Shown piece after piece: positions 55,978-64,000 of a stretch of DNA of 64,000 nt. A program made the translations under genes and the position numbers. The stretch comes from an uncultured Rhizobium sp. Its GTDB lineage: Bacteria > Bacteroidota > Bacteroidia > NS11-12g > UBA955. Within the stretch, counting starts at the first letter, position 1. The number at the start of each line of letters is the position of its first letter. Location of the stretch: the NCBI GenBank assembly GCA_964527775.1, contig CAZGQS010000002.1, positions 105,701 to 169,700 of the forward strand, written 5' to 3'. Under the pieces are notes generated by a model. It was given only the letters and a program-made list of their open reading frames with translations. It ran no database searches and was not told the DNA's origin.

Positions 55978-55993
55978 TACCTTCGCGAAGGTA
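55978..55993. promoter_or_regulatory. Perfect 16-bp palindrome TACCTTCGCGAAGGTA in the 34-nt divergent ccmB-like/accC gap
   Basis: Read directly from the sequence. It is centred between ATG 55971 (minus strand) and ATG 56006 (plus strand). Confidence 0.4.
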
Positions 55994-56005
55994 AATCTAT
56001 ATTTT

Positions 56006-57571
56006 ATGATTTCTAAAGTTCTTATAGCGAATCGCGGCGAAATTGCTCTTAGAGTGATGCGTACCTGCAAAGAAATGGGTATTAAAACAGTGGCTGTTTA
56101 CAGTGAGGCAGACCAATTGGCAAGGCACGTGCGTTTTGCTGATGAAGCGTATTGCATTGGTGCAGGGCCCAGCAGCGAGAGCTATTTGAAAATGGAAACC
56201 ATCATTGATTTGTGCAAATCAACAGGCGCACAAGCGGTTCATCCTGGTTATGGTTTTTTATCGGAGAATGCTGTTTTTGCTAGAAGATTGAAAGAAGAGG
56301 GACTTATATTAATTGGGCCCACGGCCGAGGCCATGGAAATGATGGGCAGTAAAATTGCCTCTAAGCAAGCAGTAGAGAAGTACGGCGTTCCTTTGGTTCC
56401 TGGTATAAACGAAGCCATTAAAGATGTAGATGCGGCATTGCAAGTGGCTATAAAGGTTGGGTTTCCGGTCTTAATTAAAGCTTCTGCTGGAGGTGGAGGA
56501 AAAGGAATGCGCGTGGTTCACGAAGAAAGTGAGTTTTTATCTTCATTGGTAACCGCTCAGAATGAGGCGAGAAATGCCTTCGGTGATGACAGTGTATTTA
56601 TTGAAAAATATGTAGGTAATCCAAGGCACATTGAGTTTCAAATATTAGCCGATAATCATGGTAATGTGGTGCATTTATTTGAAAGAGAGTGCAGCATCCA
56701 AAGGAGACATCAAAAGTTAGTTGAAGAGGCACCTAGTGCCGTGTTGACGGATAAAATGCGTCATAAAATGGGCGATGCCGCTGTAAACGTAGCAAAAGCG
56801 TGTAATTATTCAGGTGCGGGCACCGTTGAATTTTTGTTGGGTGATGGCGAAGAATTTTATTTCCTAGAAATGAACACCCGCTTGCAAGTGGAACATCCGG
56901 TTACTGAAATGATCACCGGTTTGGATTTGGTGAAGCTCCAAATTCAAGTGGCTCAAGGCGAGAAATTGCCCTTCAAACAAGAAGATTTGACCATCAACGG
57001 ACATTCTTTAGAATTGAGGGTGTGTGCCGAAGATCCATACCAACAATTTTTACCCAATATAGGTACGGTGAAAACGTATGTGATTCCCGCAGGTCCCGGA
57101 ATTCGTATTGATGACTGTATGGAGCCCCACTTGGAGATTCCCATTTATTATGATAATATGTTGTCTAAGTTGGTAGTTTGGGCGCCCACCCGTCAAGAAG
57201 CTATTGAGCGCATGAAACGCGCCATTGAAGAGTATATCATTACAGGAATTCAAACTACATTGCCGTTTGGAACATTCGTGATGAATCACCCCAAATTTAT
57301 TGAGGGCGATTTTAATACGCATTTCATTCAGAATTATTTTCAACCCGATGCCGAAGCCAGTTTAGTGGACGAAGGTTTGTTAGATTTAACCTCGGCTGCC
57401 GCTTATTTCTGGGAAAATAGAAAAGGTTTTTCTCTTTCGGGGGATGCTTTGACTTCTGGTTCGGTTGTGGATTCTGGTTCAACTTCTGCAAATGGGTCAG
57501 GATCAGGATCTGGATCTGGAGTTACGAATGGGTCATCTGATTGGGTACGAAACCGTAAAAATCTTAGATAA
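56006..57571 (+). CDS. accC: Biotin carboxylase (acetyl-CoA carboxylase subunit) with a ~70-aa C-terminal extension
   Basis: MISKVLIANRGEIALRVMRTC, GYGFLSEN, ASAGGGGKGMRVV and EMNTRLQVEHPVTE. The conserved core ends near FIQNYF and is followed by a Ser/Gly-rich tail. Confidence 0.92.
   Translation: MISKVLIANRGEIALRVMRTCKEMGIKTVAVYSEADQLARHVRFADEAYCIGAGPSSESYLKMETIIDLCKSTGAQAVHPGYGFLSENAVFARRLKEEGLILIGPTAEAMEMMGSKIASKQAVEKYGVPLVPGINEAIKDVDAALQVAIKVGFPVLIKASAGGGGKGMRVVHEESEFLSSLVTAQNEARNAFGDDSVFIEKYVGNPRHIEFQILADNHGNVVHLFERECSIQRRHQKLVEEAPSAVLTDKMRHKMGDAAVNVAKACNYSGAGTVEFLLGDGEEFYFLEMNTRLQVEHPVTEMITGLDLVKLQIQVAQGEKLPFKQEDLTINGHSLELRVCAEDPYQQFLPNIGTVKTYVIPAGPGIRIDDCMEPHLEIPIYYDNMLSKLVVWAPTRQEAIERMKRAIEEYIITGIQTTLPFGTFVMNHPKFIEGDFNTHFIQNYFQPDAEASLVDEGLLDLTSAAAYFWENRKGFSLSGDALTSGSVVDSGSTSANGSGSGSGSGVTNGSSDWVRNRKNLR
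57494..57520 (+). repeat. GGATCN hexanucleotide microsatellite encoding (GS)4G in the accC tail
   Basis: ggg tca gga tca gga tct gga tct gga, flanked by direct AATGGGTCA repeats (57491-57499 and 57527-57535). Confidence 0.85.
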
Positions 57572-58506
57572 TGGCTCGAGTACTTATCATCGATGACGTT
57601 TATGAATCGTTGGTAAGTGGCCTTGCGGCTGCGGGACATGAGGTATTTTACGAACCTGAAATTTCTAGTACTGATGTTTGCGCGCGTTGTGCAGAGTTAA
57701 AAGTGGATGGCTTGATTGTACGAAGTAAGCTGCATTTAAGCGAATCATTTTTTAAACAAGTTTCTAGTTTGAAATGGGTTGGTAGAGCGGGTGCTGGAGT
57801 AGATAATATCGATGAAAAATCAGCCAGTGAAAGAGGCATCAAATTGTTTCATGCAGCCGGTGCAAATGCTGATTCTGTTGCGGAGCATGTGATAGGGATG
57901 TTGCTAGCCTTTAGACACAAATTGATCTTGTCGCACAATTCGGTAGTTTCTGGTAAATGGGATAGGGAAGGGCACCGTGGTTTTGAGTTGAAAGGCAAGA
58001 CGATAGGTATTATAGGTTACGGTCATACGGGTTTTGCTTTGTCTAGAAAGTTGCGAGGTTTTGATGTAAATGTTTTGGCCTACGACCGGTTCAAACAGGG
58101 ATTTGGAAATGAGTATGTTCGAGAGGCTGAATTATCAGAGTTAATTCGTCATGCAGATGTCATTTCATTCCATGTTCCTCTGACTGATTTAACCCGAAAT
58201 TGGGTTGATCAACAGTTTATTTTAGCATGTAAAGAAGGTGTGATTTTAATCAATTCATCAAGAGGTGAAGTATTTGATATTCAATCAATATACGGGTTTT
58301 TAGAGACGGGTAAAGTAGGTGGTTTATTGTTGGATGTATACCCCCAAGAACCACCGTTGAAGGCAGACAATGAATTGTCACAGTATTTTCACCAACTAAG
58401 TAAAAACTGTAATGTAATGTTTTCGCCACATGTTGCTGGTTGGAGTGCAGAAAGCTATCAGAATATATCGCATGTTCTGTTGTCTAAAATATTGACTGAT
58501 ATTTAA
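57571..58506 (+). CDS. D-isomer-specific 2-hydroxyacid dehydrogenase (PGDH-like)
   Basis: GIIGYGHTGFALSRKL (NAD), INSSRGEV and SPHVAGWS (catalytic His). The start overlaps the accC stop (TAATG). Confidence 0.85.
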   Translation: MARVLIIDDVYESLVSGLAAAGHEVFYEPEISSTDVCARCAELKVDGLIVRSKLHLSESFFKQVSSLKWVGRAGAGVDNIDEKSASERGIKLFHAAGANADSVAEHVIGMLLAFRHKLILSHNSVVSGKWDREGHRGFELKGKTIGIIGYGHTGFALSRKLRGFDVNVLAYDRFKQGFGNEYVREAELSELIRHADVISFHVPLTDLTRNWVDQQFILACKEGVILINSSRGEVFDIQSIYGFLETGKVGGLLLDVYPQEPPLKADNELSQYFHQLSKNCNVMFSPHVAGWSAESYQNISHVLLSKILTDI

Positions 58507-58673
58507 TTGACATATTTTAAAAGCGAGTTTTTGATTTTGATTTTTTCGATTCTAGAAAAGTACATCAAAATAAACTTGATAAATCCTTGATTTTTCGATA
58601 AACTTGCCGATTAAACCGTGAAAGTGTTGTAACTTTTTGAACATGAGTAATGCAAATAGTTGAATTAATTGAT

Positions 58674-61600
58674 ATGATGAAGGATAAACTACTGAAATTG
58701 TTATTGTTTTCGGTGTTGTTGATGGGTTTCACAACCGCATTTGGGCAGACAAACTATGCTGACTTCCGTGTAAAAACGCAAGATGGTGATGGAAAGTCGT
58801 TAAGTGGGGTGGAAGTGAAAATGTTCTTGAACGACATTGAGAAGGCATCAGACACCACTGATAGCGATGGTAATGCTATCTTCCAAACATTGAATCCAGG
58901 ATCTTACAGAGTGGAGATTTCAAAAAATGGTTTCTCAACACAGACTTTCAAAGATGTTGAATTGACTGGAGGTTTGAATGAGCCGTTGAAGGTTTCAATG
59001 ACAACCTCAATGTCTGTAGTAAATATTGTAACACGTTCAAAAGGAAGTGTTATTCAGTTAGAAAAGAACGAGGCCAATGTTTCGGGTAAGGCCATGATTA
59101 ATAGTGGTCGTCGTGGTATTGGAGCATTGACTGCTACTAACTCTGCAATCATTGAATCACGTCAAGGTATTTCGGTTCGTGGTACACGTGCTGATGGTAA
59201 CGGAACATTCGTTGACGGTATGCGTGTTATTGGTGGAGGAGCCGTTCCCAACTTGGGAGTTGACCAATTGTCTGTGAACATTGGCGGTATCCCTGCCATG
59301 TATGGTGACTTAACAGGAGGTGCGTTCTCTTACACATCAAAAAGTGCAACTGAAAAGTTCATTACTATTTTCGAAGGAATAACCTCTTCTGGTTTGGACC
59401 CTTATGGATACAACACAGTTGAAGGCTTTGTGTCTGGTCCATTGTGGGTGCAGCGCAAAAAGAACCTTTCGGGTAAAACAGAGTCTTTAGTAAAATTGGG
59501 CTTTACATTGAACGGTAACGTAGGTTATTATGCTGATCCTAGCCCAACAAGAACTGGGGTTTATGTATTAAAAGAGGAAAAGTTGGCAGATATAGAGAAG
59601 AATCCTTTGGTTTTCACACCAAACGGTTTCGTTCATGCCGCTTCTTATTTAAAGGAATCTGATTTTGATTTGTTGGCAGCTCGTCCAACCTCACAACAAT
59701 ACAATGGTAACTTTATTGGTAAGTTGGAATTCAACCCCAATAAATACATTAACTTAACCGGTTTTGCGAGTTATTTTTATGGTGGTGGTAGAAATGCTAC
59801 CAATGCCATCATGAACTACAATGAGAATGGAACCAGTGATAATCATACCTTCCGTTCATATTTACAATTCAGACAAGAATTTAAAGTAAACAAGGAAAGC
59901 ACCATCAAGAACGCATTTTACACCATTCGTGCTGAATACCAAAATGCTTGGTCTACCAACCAACATCAACAACACGGACGTAACTTCTTTGATTATGGTT
60001 ACATTGGTGAATTTAAGTCTTACCCAACAGAGTTTTTTGCATACTCAAATTATGATGCTCAGCAAAATCCAAACAAAGAGCCACGGGTGGTGCAAGACCA
60101 AAACGGAAATATCGTTCAATTGAGAAACTATTGGGAGCATGTGGGTTATACAGATACTCTTTTAACATTTAGAAGAAGTGAATTGAATCCAGTTCGTGCA
60201 AACTACACTCAAAACGTGTTTGATTTTTATCAAGATCGTGGGTTTAATTTGACCAATCCTTTGCAAGTATTAATGGGACAAGGTTTGTTGAATGGTTACC
60301 AACCAAACAACGTATATTCTCTATGGGCAACTCCTGGTACATCTGTGGGTGGATGGGGTAAATCTTCTACCGAGAAATATTCTTTGTTTGCTTTAGGACA
60401 AATGCAAGTGAAGCCTAAAACAGTGGGTGGACGCGAAAGAACTCCTCACGATTTACAGGCTGGATTTTACTATGAGCAGAACATCAACCGTGGTTACAGC
60501 TTAAACGCAAACGGTTTATGGATTTTGATGGGGCAGTTAATGAATAAGCACATTACAGAATTGGATGTGAATAATCCTATTTTGTCTTACGACGAAAACG
60601 GTGTTTTCACAGATACAGTGCGTTACAACAGATTGGTAAATTATGCAGAGCAATCTCATTTTGATCGATCTTTCAGAAATCGTTTGATTTCTCAAGGCGG
60701 AAGAGATGTTTATGGTAATTTGGTGAATGAGCAAACATTCATCAATGTGAATAGTTACAAGCCTGGTGACTTTGATATTAAAGACTTCAACGCCAACGAG
60801 TTGTTAAACAACGGTAACGGATATGTGAACTACTTTGGATACGATCACCTAGGAAATATTGTAAGGGGTAAGCCATCTATCAACCAATTCTTGAATGATC
60901 CTGACAGAAGAACCATTGGTGCTTTCCAACCTATCTACATTGCTGCTTGGTTGCAAGACCAATTCCAGTTTAAGGATTTGATTTTCCGTGTGGGACTTCG
61001 TATGGAGCGTTACGATGCAAACCAAATAGTGTTGAAAGATCCTTACAGTTTGTATCCTATCAGAACAGCTGCAGAGGTTTCAAACATCAACGGTTTGACT
61101 ATTGATCATCCGACCAATATTTCTGAAGATGCTTATGTTTACGTAAATGACATGCAGTCACCAACCAAAATCATTGGTTACAGAGAGGGTGATCGTTGGT
61201 ACAATTCTGATGGTTCTGAATTGAAGAATCCAGAATTATTGGCGAACCAAACTTCAAACGGTAGAATTGCGCCTTACTTGGTAGATTACAACAAGCAAGA
61301 GGTAACAGACAAGACTTTTGTTGACTATACTCCAGCAGTAAATTTATTGCCTCGTATTTGGTTTTCTTTCCCTCTAGAGCCTAGAAAGAAAACATTCTAT
61401 GTGAGTTATGACATCTTGGCGCAACGTCCAAACGCTGGTGCCTCTTTCGTTACTATTGATGATATCTACTACTTGAGATTCAGACAAGGTTCTACTTTAG
61501 CAAACGGTTCTTTGAACTCTCGTTTGAAGACCGACTATGAAGTGGGATACAAGCAAATCTTTGGTCGCAAAGGTGATAAAGGGTTGGAGTTGAGTGCTTC

Positions 61601-62426
61601 TTATTCTGAAATCAGAAACGATTTTGGTTTGTATCAAATCAACCAAGGTTATCCAGTAACCTACATCACTTACCGTAACATTGACTTCGCTACCATCACT
61701 GGTTTCAGAGGTAATTTCAGTATCAGAGATATTGGACCTTTGAGCTTGTCAGCGAGTTACATGTTGCAATTTGCTGATGGTACTGGTTCTAATATTAGTT
61801 CTCAAGCAACTTTGATTGCGAGTAATCAACCAAACTTAAGAAACGTCATTCCTTTGGGTGAATTAGACATTCGTCATAACTTGAAGGTGAGTGCCACTTG
61901 GGAATGGGGCGGAGGAAGAGACTTGAACAAAAAGAATTTGTATAAAGGCCCAGTGGTATTTGGAAAAGAGATCTTCAAGTTTACTAGCTTTAACTTGATT
62001 GGAAATACATACAGCGGTGGTCCTTACACACCAACCAATCGTCCGGTGCAAATTGGAGCGGTTGACCGTGCTCAGATCAAAGGTGTTCCGTTTGGTGCGA
62101 GATTGCCTTGGCAGTATAACTTTGACATCAACATTTCAAAAGCGTTTCAGTTGAACCGCGGAGATGCGAAGAATCCTTTGAGATTTACGGCATTCTTGTG
62201 GGTGAACAACGTGTTGAACACATGGAATGTTTTGGGTGTGTTCCCTTACACGGGTCAACCCAACGACGATGGATTCTTGACTTCACCTCAAGGGCAATTG
62301 TTGATCAAAACTCAAATTGACGCTCAGTCATACACTGATTTGTATCGTTTGTTGTTAAATTCTCAAACGGGTAACTGGAATGCTCCAAGAACCATTCGTT
62401 TGGGTGTGCGTTTTAGCTTGAATTAA
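58674..62426 (+). CDS. Oversized TonB-dependent-receptor-like outer-membrane protein (carboxypeptidase-regulatory-like domain, plug and barrel)
   Basis: Signal MMKDKLLKLLLFSVLLMGFTTAFGQ. Cna/CarboxypepD_reg-like DSDGNAIFQTLNPGSYRVEISKNGF. Plug-like ISVRGTRADGNGTFVDGMRV and IPAMYGDLTGGAF. Terminal strand RTIRLGVRFSLN. About 1250 aa. Confidence 0.75.
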   Translation: MMKDKLLKLLLFSVLLMGFTTAFGQTNYADFRVKTQDGDGKSLSGVEVKMFLNDIEKASDTTDSDGNAIFQTLNPGSYRVEISKNGFSTQTFKDVELTGGLNEPLKVSMTTSMSVVNIVTRSKGSVIQLEKNEANVSGKAMINSGRRGIGALTATNSAIIESRQGISVRGTRADGNGTFVDGMRVIGGGAVPNLGVDQLSVNIGGIPAMYGDLTGGAFSYTSKSATEKFITIFEGITSSGLDPYGYNTVEGFVSGPLWVQRKKNLSGKTESLVKLGFTLNGNVGYYADPSPTRTGVYVLKEEKLADIEKNPLVFTPNGFVHAASYLKESDFDLLAARPTSQQYNGNFIGKLEFNPNKYINLTGFASYFYGGGRNATNAIMNYNENGTSDNHTFRSYLQFRQEFKVNKESTIKNAFYTIRAEYQNAWSTNQHQQHGRNFFDYGYIGEFKSYPTEFFAYSNYDAQQNPNKEPRVVQDQNGNIVQLRNYWEHVGYTDTLLTFRRSELNPVRANYTQNVFDFYQDRGFNLTNPLQVLMGQGLLNGYQPNNVYSLWATPGTSVGGWGKSSTEKYSLFALGQMQVKPKTVGGRERTPHDLQAGFYYEQNINRGYSLNANGLWILMGQLMNKHITELDVNNPILSYDENGVFTDTVRYNRLVNYAEQSHFDRSFRNRLISQGGRDVYGNLVNEQTFINVNSYKPGDFDIKDFNANELLNNGNGYVNYFGYDHLGNIVRGKPSINQFLNDPDRRTIGAFQPIYIAAWLQDQFQFKDLIFRVGLRMERYDANQIVLKDPYSLYPIRTAAEVSNINGLTIDHPTNISEDAYVYVNDMQSPTKIIGYREGDRWYNSDGSELKNPELLANQTSNGRIAPYLVDYNKQEVTDKTFVDYTPAVNLLPRIWFSFPLEPRKKTFYVSYDILAQRPNAGASFVTIDDIYYLRFRQGSTLANGSLNSRLKTDYEVGYKQIFGRKGDKGLELSASYSEIRNDFGLYQINQGYPVTYITYRNIDFATITGFRGNFSIRDIGPLSLSASYMLQFADGTGSNISSQATLIASNQPNLRNVIPLGELDIRHNLKVSATWEWGGGRDLNKKNLYKGPVVFGKEIFKFTSFNLIGNTYSGGPYTPTNRPVQIGAVDRAQIKGVPFGARLPWQYNFDINISKAFQLNRGDAKNPLRFTAFLWVNNVLNTWNVLGVFPYTGQPNDDGFLTSPQGQLLIKTQIDAQSYTDLYRLLLNSQTGNWNAPRTIRLGVRFSLN

Positions 62427-62449
62427 TATTTGGAAAGGGAAATTAGAAA

Positions 62450-64000
62450 ATGAAAAAATTTGGAATTATAGCATTAGGATTTGCGATTGCTTCGCAGGTG
62501 TTGGCTAGACCAATTGAAAACATCAATGGTCGCACTACACTAAAAGTGAGCAAACGCGCCGGTTCATTGGCGAACACGTGTGAGCCTGCTTCGCAGTCGG
62601 CTGACTTAGATATCAATAACGTTCGTACAAAATTGTTGAACGGTGGAGATATGTGGTGGGATTTGAACAATCCAAAATACGAGGTACCAAAAGTGAACGA
62701 TCCAAACGCAGTAAGAAAACACTCTTTATTTTCTGGTGCTATTTGGATTGGTGGTAAAGACAATGGTGGTAATTTAAAGTTAGCAGCAATGACTTACCGT
62801 CAGTTTGGATCTGATTTTTGGCCAGGACCATTAGATACTACCACAGCTTCTACTGACCCATTGCGTTGTAAATCATACGACCGTATGTGGAAAGTAACTC
62901 GTGATGAATTGGAAGACTTTGAGAATTCAAAGTATACTAATATCAGTGCTGGAATCAGAGAATGGCCCGGTGGAAGCGACCGTTCCGTTAAGTTGGGAGC
63001 TGAGTCTGATTATTTGGCGCCGTATAAAGTCGTAAATAATGACGGAGTTTACAATCCTTTTGATGGAGAACACCCCGTATTGGACGAGCGCAGACCTGCA
63101 ATTGAAAATGGTGTTGATAGACAACCTGATATGTTTATCTGGTGGGTTTATAACGATAAAGGTAACGTTCACTCTGAATCAACCGGTCAACCTATTGGTA
63201 TAGAATGTCAAACCACAGCGTTTGCTTTCGCAACCAACGATGAGGTAAATAATATGACTTTTTATTCAACTAAAATCATTAACCGTGGATTCACCACTGT
63301 GAATGATTGTTACATGGGACAATGGGTAGACGCCGATTTAGGTAACTACGCAGATGACTATGTTGGTTGTGACGTAGGAAGATCATTGGGTTATTGCTTC
63401 AATGGAGACGATGATGATGAAGGAGTTTTAGGCTACGGTTTAAATCCTCCAACCATAGGTGTAGATTATTTCGAAGGTCCAACGGATACTGCTGGTAACC
63501 AAATGGGAATGAGTCACTTTATGTACTACAATAACAACTCAGATCCCGTATCTGGTAACCCTGATAGAGGAAATCCTAATAGTTTCTATAATTTCTTGAG
63601 AGGTAAATGGAAGCAAGGACAGAATGTGACTTTTGGTGGTAATGGTTTTGGTGGAACTCGTCAGACAAATTATATGTTCTCTGGTGGAACCGATCCAGAT
63701 TTCCCCGGTGAATGTTGGGATGAGAAGAGCGCGGGTAACCGTCCTGCTGACCGTCGTTTCTTGCAATCTACTGGTCCATTTATTTTGCGTCCAGGACAGG
63801 TTCAAAGAATCACCGTTGGCGTTGTATGGGCTAGAACTACGAGTGGTGGAGCTGGTGCCCCTTGTCAAGGTGCTGCAGGTTCGTTGCAGTTGTTAAAACT
63901 GGCATCAGATAAAGCACAAACGTTGTTTAACAACAATTTCAAAATTTTGGATGGTCCTAACGCACCTGATATTGAGATTCAGGAGCTACACGAAGAATTG
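62450..64000 (+). CDS. Hypothetical secreted protein, partner of the TBDR-like gene (3' end beyond the window)
   Basis: This ORF is missing from the supplied track because it has no stop in the window. ATG 62450 lies 23 nt after the upstream stop, and the frame stays open for 517 codons to base 64000. Signal MKKFGIIALGFAIASQVLA (not a lipoprotein). Asp/Gly/Asn-rich, with DRRFLQSTGPFILRPGQ near the end. Confidence 0.75.
   Translation, partial: MKKFGIIALGFAIASQVLARPIENINGRTTLKVSKRAGSLANTCEPASQSADLDINNVRTKLLNGGDMWWDLNNPKYEVPKVNDPNAVRKHSLFSGAIWIGGKDNGGNLKLAAMTYRQFGSDFWPGPLDTTTASTDPLRCKSYDRMWKVTRDELEDFENSKYTNISAGIREWPGGSDRSVKLGAESDYLAPYKVVNNDGVYNPFDGEHPVLDERRPAIENGVDRQPDMFIWWVYNDKGNVHSESTGQPIGIECQTTAFAFATNDEVNNMTFYSTKIINRGFTTVNDCYMGQWVDADLGNYADDYVGCDVGRSLGYCFNGDDDDEGVLGYGLNPPTIGVDYFEGPTDTAGNQMGMSHFMYYNNNSDPVSGNPDRGNPNSFYNFLRGKWKQGQNVTFGGNGFGGTRQTNYMFSGGTDPDFPGECWDEKSAGNRPADRRFLQSTGPFILRPGQVQRITVGVVWARTTSGGAGAPCQGAAGSLQLLKLASDKAQTLFNNNFKILDGPNAPDIEIQELHEEL

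Noticed and set aside
58507-58673. Possible riboswitch or regulatory leader upstream of the TBDR-like gene, with direct repeats such as AAACTTGATAAA / CGATAAACTTGCC and a near -7 box TAACTTTTTG at 58630-58639.
   Set aside because: I recognised no conserved riboswitch core (for example a B12 box or a TPP motif), and the region is AT-rich with only weak repeats. The -7-like box has one extra T, so I did not list it as a feature.
62443-63896. Track ORFs 62443-62763 (-), 62927-63172 (-), 63539-63868 (-) and 63633-63896 (+).
   Set aside because: All overlap one uninterrupted 517-codon plus-strand frame starting at ATG 62450, which has a good signal peptide. The track omitted that frame only because its stop lies beyond the window.

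Overview
Gene-dense chromosomal segment of a Bacteroidota genome that looks Flavobacteriia-like, and it is mostly housekeeping. The phylum call rests on four things: TAnnTTTG -7 promoter boxes in front of many genes, a T9SS-type C-terminal sorting domain, bshB1 (bacillithiol), and the DUF4293/DUF3109 families together with the GroEL/EF-P/S20 sequences. I call 63 CDS on both strands, many with 1-70 nt overlaps. I found no rRNA, tRNA, CRISPR, transposase, integrase or phage genes. Landmarks: tsf-pyrH, rpsT, a menF plus thioesterase pair, thiolase, tsaB, pabA-like, dxs, prmC, panD, recR, queD, a cysteine desulfurase, speB, efp, mtgA, bshB1, yicC, pssA, purE, def, ruvX, groES-groEL, waaA, ald, an lpxH-like gene, M49, S41 and C1 peptidases, ccmB-like and accC. 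Observations worth a second look: (1) a dispersed family of phase-locked heptanucleotide tandem repeats (CGGTGAT / CAGCYNT / GACCAAR). It fills two intergenic gaps (38804-39003, and 45806-45924 where it forms a long hairpin). It also occurs in frame inside the essential gene dxs (9192-9230). (2) Six genes whose ATG lies exactly 4 nt after a perfect TAnnTTTG box, which implies leaderless mRNAs. (3) A four-gene MbnP/MbnH-type putative copper module flanked by a Cys-rich membrane protein and a CxxC beta-barrel. (4) Two translationally coupled secreted proteins that share a C-terminal barrel-like module. (5) An oversized TonB-receptor-like protein with a non-SusD partner. (6) A panD-to-prmC envelope operon that ends in a protein with two lamin-tail domains. 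(7) A bacterial AT-hook/winged-helix protein. All functional calls come from reading the translations by eye; no database search was run.
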